A program made the translations under genes and the position numbers. The notes under the pieces are model-generated. The model worked only from the letters and a program-made list of their open reading frames with translations. It ran no database searches and had not been told where the DNA came from. Below are positions 24,901-36,849 of a stretch of 64,000 nucleotides of DNA, one piece after another (position 1 is the first letter of the stretch; each line of letters starts with the position of its first letter). Origin of the DNA: Takakia lepidozioides. Its lineage: Eukaryota > Plantae > Bryophyta. The DNA lies in assembly GCA_030704615.1 (NCBI GenBank), contig CM060731.1:58342001-58406000 (forward strand), given 5' to 3'.

Positions 24901-25481
24901 ACACCAGAAGGAAATGCAGATGTAGCCTCCCCTGCTAGTCGTGGAGATGAAGATAAACCCCTCGCAGATTCGCAACAATCAGATGTGGTGTTGTCCAATG
25001 GAGTTTTCTGAGGCTTCATGTCGTGAAGCAAGACCGTATGAGCAGATGAGGAAGGTTGAGATCCACAAAATACACTCTTAGAAACCTCAACACAATCCGA
25101 ATTATGAGACCCCAAGCTCGCCGAATCTGCAACCTCCTCCTTCAATTTACAACTCCCATTTGTTGCAGCTTGATCGTTCTTTCTTGCAATAGAAGTGTGC
25201 CTCTCATCATGTGACTGTGTATAGCTCGTACCTGTGACACGGTACTTGGAGAAAATGTCTGGAAACAACTCCCATTGCTTTTGGCCGTCATTGAAAACTG
25301 GAAGCAACACTGTGGAGGCATCATCATCTCCATCATCCTCCAAAAAAACTGAACCCGGAACAAGTTTGAATCTATTGCATAACCAAGGTTCTGGGATAAT
25401 GCACTTGTTTCCATTGCAAGGATAACGAACCACTTTTGCATCAGGTGGACATGAAAGCACTGCATATTTTGGTGTAGACAT
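21939..25481 (-). pseudogene. Intronless MULE-type transposase of element B, one frame with two in-frame stops
   Basis: VVFDH, FMADAAGA, TCLYH, PTTNLSEA, CDCPDF...PCKH. TGA at 23676-23678 (A has Arg at this position) and TAG at 22752-22754. Confidence 0.9.
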
Positions 25482-26107
25482 TTGGCAATGCCCTCAAAGT
25501 TTGAGAGAAGATGCAAAATGAATGAAAGCGCACATCTTGCAAGACCTTATGCAAATACATTAAATGGCTTACATTACTTATGTGTATCATCAATCTAGAA
25601 GGTCCAAATTTTTTGAGGCATGTGCTCCATCCATATTATTCTCTGACAGAAACAACTAAATGGACTATCCCCTATTTTTAGGACGACGGTGCCGTTGTGA
25701 GATCTTAGAATCCAATGTACTGCTTTCTTCTTATGAGCATATGAAACATAAATGCTCTACATGTTTCCACTTATTTTACAACCAATCGTTGATTAATCGT
25801 CCAACTATGAACTGACACACTAGACGACACAATTTATTTACAATCAAATCCCATGACATGTATGTTGATTCATGTATGAGTAATGAGTACAAGTATTTGT
25901 GGCGACAATTGACTCTAAAACCAATAAATTGATTAAGACACCCATAACAAAATATTTAGTTACTTTATCACTTACTTTATATTGTATTATGAAGGCGCCG
26001 CCACAAAGTAACATGTCAAAAGCACTAACGCCAGAGTGTATAAAAAAGGTTCACATTTCAGATTTGGCCAATTTGGCCTTTGTAAGGCCTTAGCCTTCGC
26101 CCCCGCT

Positions 26108-26180
26108 CTCCTTGGCGGGGGCAGGTTTGAACCCGCAACCTTGTAAAAAATACACCACAACCTTACCAACAAGCCATGCT
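26108..26180 (-). other. tRNA-derived (SINE-head-like) relic inside element B
   Basis: Minus strand TGGCTTGTTGGTAAGG (A-box-like) ... GGGTTCAAACCTGCCCCCGCCA (B-box-like). No proper cloverleaf. Confidence 0.35.
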
Positions 26181-26579
26181 CTATTCAATGGAACAACCTC
26201 TACTTTTTTGTTAATAAACTGTTTCTATTCAGTTAAACTTGTTGCCATTACTACATGACTAACCCGGTATCATTACTACACTAACGTAGTCTAGTATACT
26301 TGCACATTATCCCTTGCCACTCCCCCAAACAAACACACACAAACTACACAAGCACTTAACACGTCTCTAGTCTCTACACCCTGGAGACTCCCGTTGCGAA
26401 GAGGAGACGGAGGCGCCGCATCTCGGCCTTATACTATACCACCCCGAGGCAATGAGCTCTTGCGACGATGGGGAGGAAGAAGGACACTCGAGGGGGAGGC
26501 GTTGCTGGTGGTGGTGGTGGTAGAGGCAAGCTGCGGACGGAGAAGGTAAGCTGTAGTTTTGTTTTTTTTCATGACCTGT

Positions 26580-27705
26580 ACTTAGGCGTATGCGCCATCG
26601 CATAAGCCCCACCAAGCTGCTCCTAATCTAGCACCTCCGCCGGCGCAGATGCCTAAGTCACTTCAACTCTCACAAGTTTGCGAATCTCCACACATACACA
26701 CAACCGTCTCCGCCGGCGGAGACAGCTCATTCCCCTTGGTTTTTTCTGATGCTTGGAAGGGCTGGGCTGCCACCTCCGCCCGCGCATACCGTTGGAGCTG
26801 GGATGCTCGCATGTTTCAGGAAGTGCTCCTCTACTCCCATCCCGTTTATTTTTTTGCATGCTCATACGTTGCTGATGCTCCGACCGGGTTGGGCTGGCGT
26901 ATCCACCGGCGTATACCTGTGCAGCAGGGCTGCTCAAATGTTTCAGGAAGTTCTCCCCTTTTCCATCTTCTTTGTTTTTCCGCATGCTCAAAAGTTGCTG
27001 ATGCTCCGAGTGGGCTGCGCTGGCATATCCGCCGGCGCATACCCATTGAGTACATTCTTTTTTGCTCAGATCATAGGTTTCAGGAACCTCCTGCAAGCGT
27101 CTCCATCGGCGGAGACACTTGGAGCTTGGTTTTTTTTTGCATATTCCCTGTGTTACGGAAGCTCCAAAGCGCCAAGGCTGCCACCTCTGTCAACACAAAC
27201 TCGTGCAGCAGGGCTGCTCACATATTTCAGGAACTTCTCCCCCCCTTCCATCTCTTTTGTTTCTCCGCATTCTCATAAGTTGTTGATGCTCCGAGCGGGC
27301 TGGGCTGCCATATCCGCCGGCACATACCCATTGAGCACAATCTTTTTTTGCTTAGCTTGGAGCTTGGTTTTTTGTTGTATATTCCTTGTGTTACGTAAGC
27401 TCCAAAGTGTCGAGGCTGCCACCTCCGTCGGCGCAAATGCTTGGGGAACCTTCCCTATTTTGGTTGATCACTGTATTCAAGTATCTCAAAGCTTCTACGT
27501 TGCCACCTCCACAACTCCACATGCTTCCATAGGCCTAGTTTGATCTTTCAAGGTGCTCCTGTATGTTTGGCTACAACCTCCCTTCCATGGTATGTGCCGG
27601 CGCATATGCTTGGAGCTCCTTGAGCAAAAATTTCTTCAAGGGCCTCAAATCTTGTCAAATTTTGAGTTGGTTGCACATATGTGTCATATGCGCCGGCGAA
27701 GGTGA
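26580..27705. repeat. CGCCGGCG-core palindrome array / ~126-bp degenerate tandem repeat between the divergent genes of element B
   Basis: TCTCCGCCGGCGGAGA (~26707), TATCCACCGGCGTATA (~26900), TATCCGCCGGCGCATA (~27026), TATCCGCCGGCACATA (~27311), TATGTGCCGGCGCATA (~27591), TATGCGCCGGCGAA (~27687). Confidence 0.8.
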
Positions 27706-27919
27706 TCAGAGGTCCTCTGTCGGGATGCTCACGCCTGTATTCTGCTCCAAGTTGTAAGCTTTGAAAGACAAGGATATTCATGGAATTAGTTGACTATCCA
27801 AATTCATTTGTTTTCTTCATGCAACCATGACACTGAACTGCTCTTTTTACATATTATACATTCACACATGTGCTCTTCTCATACACTGGCATCTTGAACT
27901 GTTTTGGTCTATGGAATTA

Positions 27920-30900
27920 GGAAATTACTACTACAACTGAAGCTGTGGAGGCCGGGACGCTTGCAACCATTATTGACGACATTGATGCAGGGAATTGGGG
28001 GGCAGATGAGTATGAAGAGGATACAACATCTAGTGATTCTCTTTCTCTAGATGCCAAACAGGCAATTATTCTGGAAAAGAAACAAGATCTGAATGTAACT
28101 TTCAGGTCCCTCCTCATTGAGGATGGAGTTATGGACATTCCATTGTGTCACATGATTTCTATGCAGGTTGTTAGGCCCGCCCTTGCCAACGACATCCTAA
28201 AGCTTAGAGGAGACTTCTATTCTGGATACCATCCAGGAGCAGCCGTGTTCTATGTTTCTGTTGAGAGGATTGATGGATCTACTATAGATGTAGGTCCTGA
28301 TATCATCTCTACATGGGATAGTCATTGGAAAACAGTCAATGATGAGTTTGAGAAGTATCTTGAGTCGAGTTGCATCATCTTCGGGGGAAGATGTTTCATG
28401 TCTGGGATGGGAATCATAGGCTTCAAGCATGGTATCCCTATATCAATGAAGTTCATGGGGCCAACTTGTCAAGACATGTCTGTGTGACAAGTTGGGTGCT
28501 CAATGCGGACATTGAAAATCGTGGTTCCCTCAGGTCCATCATGGATGGAGTGAATGTGTGAGTTTCCTTTCTATTCTTCATTTACTTTCATGTTCAATGT
28601 TGGGAACAACAAACAGGTGGGGAGAAGGTGGTGAGATGGATTTTATTCAGGTACCATCTTTCCATTGCATTGTACATGGATAGTGTATACACCTTGTAAG
28701 TCAAAAATGTCTATGCTTCAAGTATTTTTCTAGTACATTGGGATATACATGTTTCTTAATGTGCTTGTTCAATTGTTGAACAGGTTGCATAAATATTTGT
28801 CTCCACAATAACTTTGAATGTGTTTGTATTTTAGGTACATGATATTTGTGCTTGTACCGAGTGATCGACTGAAGGCTGAGCCCAAGTTTCTGATGGCCTG
28901 GAAGTTTGGTGCTCAACAAGCTTCCATGTACACACCTGCAATTGAGGAAGATTGGGGTGTGGAACACTGGGAAGGGGGGGGGGTTGGTATTTGGATATGC
29001 CCAAGGGTACTATCCCCTATGCAGAAATGGGACTTCATAAGGAATGTGTTCGCAGGCAGTCAGTGAGTGATGAAGGGGGTATCTCCACTGAAGTCCCTGT
29101 TCTTGATCTGGAGCATGCAGAACAGATTGCTACACAGGCCGCTGACGCTGTAGCCCAAGTGGTCCCTGCCGTTGTGGGTGTACCAAAACGCAAATCACGA
29201 AAAAGAAAATGTGCGGATGTCAATGCAGGTGTGGCTTCTATTGCTGGTCCTATTGGTAGTTCTTCACATCCTTCAAATCAGTTGGTTGTGGTGCCTGCAC
29301 CTACTACTCGAGGGAACAAGCCAAAGGCAGGCGAACATCCTTACAGTGCAGTGTCATTTTCTGGTGGTGCACCTAGCATGTATCGCATGAAGATCATGCC
29401 TACTCATTTCATTGATATGGTGGAGGCCTCAAGTACATCTCCTGATGCGACCTTGAAAGAGCTCATGGAGTTCTTAAAAAATGTGAGTTTCCCCCAACAA
29501 ACAAACTTGAATGTAAGGAATTCTTCGATGTTTTTATATCCTCATCATCCGGCTATTGACTCCTACATATTCTGTATGTTGTTTGCAGTTGCCAGGAACT
29601 TGGTCTAGTGTTGTGGATGGAAAAAGCGTGCATGTGGCTGTGGACATGATCATCGTGGACTGCCCAACAGGAATGCCTGTACATGGCTGTTTGGATGGTG
29701 TACAGGTTCCTCCCTGGAATGCTTTTGATAAACGGTATTGGGAGTATGCATTCTCCATTGCTAATGACCTGTTGGATGACAATGGATGCTTGGTGTTCTT
29801 GCAGGGCTCCGATGATTCCTTTGCATTGAAGCTCTTTTCTTACTCCAGGGGCAGCTCTATTTCCGTATTATCAAGGAAATATACTTGCATCAATACCACC
29901 CCTCTACACACTCAGACAGGAAAGGTAAAAATCATCCCTCTTCAATATCTCATTGTTTGATGTTTCATCTTCCTACTCTCATACATATTATTAAACCATC
30001 CGGGTGCACTGTTTTTGTGGAAATGGCACGTCTAACAGACCATGTTCTTCCACGCCCATGTCCTCACCAAGCAAGGAGGACTATTCAAACTGCGTGAGTC
30101 TGGCAAAGTTGTGGACCCCCTTGCAGACCCTGTTGAGTTGGATGCCATCTACAACCACATTCTAGATGTTGCACTACCCATGCAAACTCCTCAACAAGCC
30201 TGGAGGGGTGCGCGAGACCGTAGTCCCGCCTTCATGCAAGTGTTGTTGGAGACATGCTCACCTCCTCGCTCCCGCATTTTGGATCTCACAGCTGGCACAT
30301 GTTTGCATTGGTCTCCATTTTGTAATTAAAATCTTCTGAGCTGATTCATGATCATTAACTGTTATCCGATATAATATCATCATTGCATGTTTTTTTCCTG
30401 CATGTTCTACATTTATTGCTGCTCGCGAGTCTGGACGTCACGTATTTGGTCTTGAGGGGGACCAGACGTTGTATGCAGCACGTCTCTCTGCACTTCAAAA
30501 TACTCAACCCGTTTTGGTTTCATCTGTGGTAACTCCAACCATTCAACGTCCTGTGAGTTTGTTGGAACCCCCCGCTCCTAAGGTGGCGCGCAAGCTTGGT
30601 CTTCATCTCGGCAGTACTTCCTAGTGAGTATGTCTCGCCTCCATTCCCTTTGTTGCAATCTCTATATTATTTGCAAAGCAAACCATTCCCATTTGATTTG
30701 TTAACATAAGTATACATGTATGTGTGATGCAGTGATGGGATTGTGCGGACCATCTACGATAGTCTACCCCAAAGTCCTCTTTCATCGTTTTATCTACCTT
30801 CGTATGCCGAGTCCCAAGCTTTGCATTCAATACATCAACAACGTGATGTAGGTCTTTCCAATGATATGTTGTTTGACCAAAGAGCAGCTATTGTTGGACA

Positions 30901-31006
30901 ATCCGTGGATAGGTTGCGTAGAGTTGAGGCTTTCATGGATGTGTATGCCTCTGAATCACAGGCTTATGACACAGATGATGAAGTATCAGCTGATGATGTT
31001 ATGTAG
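27920..31006 (+). pseudogene. ParB-like + beta-class DNA methyltransferase-like spliced fusion gene of element B (collinear, internally deleted)
   Basis: KMFHVWDGNHRLQAW exon to 28557; ...RWILFR| donor at 28651; acceptor at 28835 (YMIFVL); VDMIIVDCPTG; RSPAFMQVLLETCS...RILDLTAGT; AARESGRHVFGLEGD; last exon to 31006. Frameshifts near 28370 and 28980. Confidence 0.78.
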
Positions 31007-32490
31007 GTAATTAGAAATTACATATACAATACATTGTCCTCATTGTCAGTCCAAATTTTTTGTTATTTTTTATGATACATGTATTTCTCTCTAGTGTAAG
31101 GTAAAACAAATGGGGCAAATGACGTGGTGTTGAAATCAGATTTCATGTTATCTTCCTGTCATTTGATTCATCTATGTAATAGTTTGTACATAGATCTCTA
31201 CTGCATGTCATAGATCCCTTTACCTTAATGCAAGTTCGACATGCACTTCAACACTATCAAATTTCATCATTAGTAAGATCAACCCTTATGAGTATTGTGG
31301 CATGTTATGTACACACAGGGTGACTATCTTTATCTCATTAGTGTTTCATTTCATTAGTGTTTCAAGTCTGAATGGGTAGTGTAGTGGTATGAACTAGGCT
31401 TCATACCCGATAGGTTGTGGATCCAACTCTGATGGACATTATGTTTTTGTAAAATAAAAATGTTTCAGAAGATAGATATATAGATACTGCAAAACCTATG
31501 TAACAAGCTCCCTAGCATTGTCAAGCTCCCTAGCATTCCCTTAGCATTGCTCCATTCTGAACTTCAAACTAGACTCCCACCATTGGAAGAGCCCATACCG
31601 TCACCATTTGTATCTAACAAGGAGCCGTGCCTCGTCACTTTTTAATTTTTCGACCTTTTTTCTCATGTTGGAAAGCCATAAAAGCAACATGTTCCTCTCC
31701 CATTCCTACACTCACCCATGTGGAATAATAATACAATGAATATGGAATATTCTATATAGAATATTCTTATTCCATCCTTTGATATTTTGACTATGGACCC
31801 TAAGATTAGATGAATCACAATTTTATTTATTTATTTTGGGTACCCTTATTTAAGTGTTGTGCATATAAAATTGTTCCTATGCATATCTAAAATTTGTATG
31901 CACGCATACATTCCTCCATATGCATGCATTTGTGTGCGCATATAGTATAGGCTACCTCGCATCTACTGTTCATCTCTCCTCCTTCTCCGTGCTCTCGTTC
32001 TTGCTCTCCGCCTGATCTCCATTCATGCATGACCAAGAACCACTCCCCGTGAAGTGCTCCCTTCCTGTTGCCGCTCTCCTTAATCTACCCCCAAGCTGTT
32101 CTAACCACCTAACTAACTAACCATCACCCCTAAAGTAACACGTTCCCCCTGCAAATATCGTTCCCACACAGTCGTTCCCTGTCAATGATAACTGTTCCTC
32201 GTGTACTGTGACAGGCTGTGTCAAGCTGTGCCGAGCTGTGACTGGCTGTGTCGGGCTGTGCAAAGCTGTGGCGGCTGTGACTGGCTGTGACGGGCTGTGT
32301 GGAGCTGTGTCGGGCTGTGTACAGTTGTGCAAAGCTGTGGCGGGTTGTGTAAAGCTGTGGCGGGCTGTGTAACCCCCCTAAAGCCTGCTGCTGCCACCCC
32401 TAAGGCTCCTGTTGGACTCAGTCTGCGCAAAAATTAAGGGTACTCCACAGAACCCGTAAAAACGTCTAAGTCCCAAGCAGCCCTCTAACA

Positions 32491-35127
32491 CAGTGCGGGG
32501 GCCCCAGAGAGATAGAAGACTCCGGCCGAGGCCGCCGTAACTAAGAGCCACTTCGCCTTGCGGCTACTGCCCCCTTTCGGGGGTGAGCCCTATAACAAAA
32601 AGTGTCCAGGGGGACACCAGGTGACCGCTAAGAATAGAGGGGGCGAGGGTACCCAGGGGTATTCTGGAGGGCCTAAGGTGCGTTTGAAGTGTCGGATTCC
32701 AGTTGGCGTTTGTTGGTGATAATAGCTGTGAGTGAACGGAGTGTCGTGAGATGGATTTCTTTGAAACATTTGTGGATGGGAAGAATGGGAATTTGGAAGT
32801 TATCGTGTATGTCCGTGATATTGGCGTTATGAATGCCACCTCAAGTGCCGGCTGTGATGACAGTTAACGGGCCGGTTTTCTAGCCACGCCTTCGGAGTGC
32901 AAGGATAAGCGGGGCATATTTTTTATGTTTTTCTAAGATTGAATCGTTTGGATAACGATCATGGCAAAATGTGAATTCAATGAAATGGATGGTGAGTTGT
33001 GGGGATGGTGAGGTGGGGGGTAAAGTATTGATAGGTAGACCTTGGACGAGGAGTATGTCCGGGCAAAGTCGAGCGGGGCATGAGCATGGTGATCGGGTAC
33101 ATATGCATGGTAGTAGCCATGGTGGTACTGTGTGGTCGGGTGGCCGTCCCTGGTAGGTGCCTGCATTCATGAGCGAGAACCAACGGGTTTCAGCACGTTT
33201 TACAAAGAGCTTGTGGAGGTGCCAGACTGCTTGGTTATGACGCGTGATATGCAAGCCATGTATAACTGGGTGTGTACATTGGCTGAGGAGATGTGGCCAA
33301 GTGTCACGAGCTTGGTGGGTGGTTGCACATAACGGGCAGTATGGGGATGGGAACAGATGTGGCCAGAAGATGTGTTTGCACTGGTGGCCCATGTATTGGG
33401 CATATCGGAATTTGAGTGTTTGTCGGATTTGTGCGTCGGTGGTGGCTTTGGTTAGCCAAAAATGATTGGAGAGTTTATGGTGCAGTACATTGGATTGAGT
33501 CCATTTTTGGATGTGTACTTTGGTATGACTGATGGAGGCTGCCGCTTGTTTATTTGCTTCTCTGGTCAGAGTGGTCAGGAGGTTTCGGATTGGTCTGGGT
33601 GCAGGGGGGTTCGGAACGGGGTGTATGAACCAGAAGGGATGGGTGTGGGCAATGTGAATAGGGTCGTTCGAGGGTTCAACTATAGGTTGGGAGGCGCCAA
33701 GTTGGGCGAGTAGGTCTGCTTCTTCATTACCATGGATGCCAGTATGCAAACGGACTTTGAGTATATGGACTGGGTGGCCTAGGGAGATGGCCCTCTGGAC
33801 AATAGCGGCAATGAGGTTGCGGTTGGGGTGATGATGATGGGTAGAGGGGTGGGAGATGTGGTTGCGAATGAGGAATAGTGAGGTAAGGCTGTTGGTGAAG
33901 ATGTAGTGTGGGGGGGGGGGGGGGTATCAAGTAGAGAGAGGGCGTCATGAATGGCCATGAGTTCAGCCCGGAGGATGGTGGCAGGGCCAGGGAGCCCGAG
34001 AGCAACGCCTTGACTGGTGCCGGCGTGATAGATTCTATATCCTGCGTTGGGTTTGGTGAGGGATCCGTCAGTGTAATGTGAATTGACCAGTGCGTATTTG
34101 GGGATAGTGTTTTGGTGATATATTGCAGGGATTGGGGGTAGAGGTGTTGTTGGCGCGACCTGGGAAGGGCGTGGTGTCGCAATGTTCCAAGCTTTATTGG
34201 TTTTGATCCGGGACAATGTGGTGGGTGTATGGGTGTGGGAGAGGATGGTTGGATAATGGATGGTGGCCTTTATTTTATGAGTGATGGTGAGCAATTGTTC
34301 GAGCTGAGAAAAGAAAGATGGCGGTATGGCTGTATGCTGGGGGTTTTGGATGTGTAGAATCAGGGTTAGGGTGGGTTCCTTCCGTTTGAGATATTTGGGA
34401 AGAGGAGGGGTATGAATATACTTAAGCTGGTTTGGGTCAATTGTGGCGAGTAGATTGACCCCTTCTGGGAGTTGTAGAAGAGGGTGAGAGATATTAGGAG
34501 TGTTTTGTTGTGTGAGGATGAGGATTGTGGATGCAGTAGGAGAGGAGTGCGCAACAAGTTTTGCCCATTGAAGAGCTTCGTGGGAAGGAGAACCAGGTGG
34601 AGGGTGGGCAAGGCCCCGACCTTCCCAGGTGTGCTGAGTGACAGTACCAGTGGCTCCAAAGATACAGTCTCTGTGGTGCGGGCTAGAGAATGTGGGCAAT
34701 GCCATAGGGCATGTCAGTGGGTTAAAGTAATATGAGTGAGTAAGCTGGAATGAATTGATAAGTAAGGAGAGAATATCTTGGGGGTATAGTATGGTGCGCA
34801 CATGTTGTTTCCAATTAAGTAAGGGACCGCGGTTTCTTGGGGGGAGTGTCTTTGAGGTAGCGATCAACCAGCCAATATAATTCGGTAGCAAAGTCTTGTT
34901 TCGGAGGTTGTGGCGATTGTGGGGATGAGGTAGTAGTAGAGTATTTTTCCCATAGCCACGTTAGTCTTATATTGGGGATGACGCCAATGAAGCGGCCATG
35001 TTGAGCGTAAATGTTGGAAAGGCGGGGGCCCATGTGGATTAGAGGTTGATCATGCTTGACATCTTTGTCAGGATTACATTCAGTTATGTAGATGTGCACG
35101 TTGGGGGCATAGAGTGGTTGGTGTATA
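32491..35127 (-). mobile_element. 3' fragment of a non-LTR retrotransposon with RNase H, CCHC finger and restriction-like endonuclease (Dualen/RandI-like)
   Basis: HYTDGS...ILRAELMAI...HTGIHGNEEADLLA (RNase H); CPLC...HLLSQC; RHNQAV; CPDILLV...IEFTFC...KHKKY (RLE). The frame continues through two stops to ~32672. Confidence 0.75.
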
Positions 35128-35330
35128 CACTAGAAGCATTCGTGTCTTTTCCGAATCGACTGCATGTCCAAAACCACTGAGGGAACAACTTTGAGATGTT
35201 TGTTACTACTACACAGTCGTAACGGATAAATTCGCATTTCTAATGGCGGATAGAAGTTGCATCAATGACTCCGCAGTCGGCGCAATATTCGTAGCGATTT
35301 AATTCAATTACGTAAATTGTTTTTTTCTTC
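35128..35330 (+). mobile_element. Possible left end of a CACTA element that truncates the LINE fragment
   Basis: CACTAGAAG begins exactly where LINE coding-like sequence stops, and the downstream cargo is paralogous to that of the CACTA at 46626-52700. No matching right TIR seen. Confidence 0.4.
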
Positions 35331-35989
35331 TTCTTAAAAACAACAATTACAAGTGGTTTTAAGCACTAGAGAACGACTCTTAACAACTAGGCATTCATTG
35401 CACACCCTATTCAAAAATGGAATTTTTATAAGTGCTCCACATGGCTCATGACGTGGAATATTTTAATATATTTTAGGACCTGTGTGGCTCGTAGAGATTG
35501 TTCTAATCGTCGGATGTAAAATGATCTAAGGGTGGAAGAGTAACTTTGTCTTTTGCCTGAATTTGTCTAAGTGTTGGGAGAGGGATGGAGGCTTGGGAGA
35601 GAGACGAGCAAGTGATGTGAGAAGGACGAAGACCAAATCGAGGCCCATATCCTGTTGTTGCAAGCGTTTATGGCGTCAGGGGCGCATTATGTGCAAATGT
35701 GGGCTCTTGGCTCCCCTTTGTACCATGATTTGGTATTCTTCCTGATGATCACAAGGTTCTTGGGGGAATCAGCTTGGTCTTAGCAGCCCATATTTTAATC
35801 TCTGCCCGCTCAGCTGCACCGTGGTGGTTCTTACGGACCAATCCCACATTACCTGATTACAGATACAAGCAGCACGCACAAGAGGTCTTCTTGGGTTCAT
35901 GGTCAGTCTAATCCGCAATGGGTCATGACACAAGGTAGAGGACAATGTGGTGAGGGCACCTTCTTCTTCGAGCTATTTCAGCCTGTTTT

Positions 35990-36815
35990 GCCGAGATGTA
36001 GTGTCGTGGAGTGCGATGCTTGCAGGGTATGCACAGCAGAGACGTGGGATGGAGGCTTTGGAGACCTATGAAGTTGCGAAGGGAGAGTTTGATAACATGG
36101 CTGAACGAGATGTTGTCTCATGGAACACGCTGAATCTCGCAAGATATGGCCAGCATGTGTGCGGGATGAGGGCATTGGAGACATATGAGCAAATGTTGCG
36201 AGAAGGGGTGCAGCCTGACAAGGTCACGTTCATTTGTGTTTGCAATGCATGTACAAACCTGGCAGCCCTGGAGACTTGGAGACCTGGCAAAGGACAAAGA
36301 GGTCCATCGTGACATCATCAAAGCTGGAACTGTACCAGATGTAACAATACCTCGTCGACATGTATGCCAAACTTGGGAGCATTCCCTTGTGGACAAGGAG
36401 TGTTCAACAATATGGCTGAGCAAAATGTGGTGTGGTGGGACGTGATGATCGCAGGACATGCACAACATGGGCGGGGATTGCGGGTTTTGGAGACCTATGA
36501 GCAAATGATGTGGGTCTAGGAGGTGAAGCCCGAACACATTACGTTTGTTTGTGTTTGTAGTGCATGTGCGAGCTGTTGGAGAAGGGCAAAGAGGTCCATG
36601 GTTGCATCGTCAAAGCTGGAATTGTGGTAGATGTCATTCTGAACATGAATACCCTTCTAGGTAGGGAGTGTTCAACAATATGGCTGAGCAAAATGTGGTA
36701 TCGTGGAAAGTGATGATCGCAGGATATGCACAACAGGGGCGGGGACTGCAGGTTTTGGAGACCTATGAGCAGTTGATGTGGGAGGGGGTGAAGTCCGACC
36801 ACATTACGTTCAGAG
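35990..36815 (+). pseudogene. Decayed PLS-class pentatricopeptide repeat gene fragment
   Basis: RDVVSWSAMLAGYAQ..G.EALETYE, EGVQPDKVTFICVCNAC, NVVSWKVMIAGYAQQG; many frameshifts. Confidence 0.88.
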
Positions 36816-36849
36816 AGTTCAAATGCCTCTCCACCATGACCTTGCTTAG

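Larger units (their letters stand above)
21326..31958 (-). mobile_element. Mutator-like DNA transposon B, 10.6 kb, same family architecture as A
   Basis: 8-bp TSD GCATCTAC at 21318-21325 and 31959-31966; the empty site matches the LTR at ~40640. Ends GGGGGTTGTTATTCCATATGC and (reverse complement) GAGGTAGCCTATACTATATGC match the ends of A in the same orientation relative to the transposase. ATGCA subterminal repeats. Confidence 0.92.
1..32490 (-). mobile_element. Ty3/Gypsy LTR retrotransposon G1 (non-chromovirus-like), left end outside window, interrupted by two MULE-like insertions
   Basis: Minus-strand order: 5' LTR (20935-32490), PBS, extra ORF, gag, PR, RT, RNaseH, IN. Removing 1001-14812 plus one TSD restores integrase in frame (KDQFDEGKLK|TFKTGDLVLWL). 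The LTR has TGT...ACA ends. Confidence 0.93.
20935..32490 (-). repeat. 5' LTR of G1 (~915 bp: 20935-21325 plus 31967-32490), split by element B
   Basis: Aligns end to end with the intact LTR at 40263-41340 (TGTC..CGGCTTTTACTCACCC ... CCTCTAACA). Confidence 0.9.

Noticed and set aside
26108-26180. Functional tRNA gene
   Set aside because: A/B-box-like motifs only; acceptor and anticodon stems do not pair.
26649-27543. 209-aa and 264-aa ORFs in the element B intergenic region
   Set aside because: They coincide with the ~126-bp tandem repeat and have no counterpart in element A.
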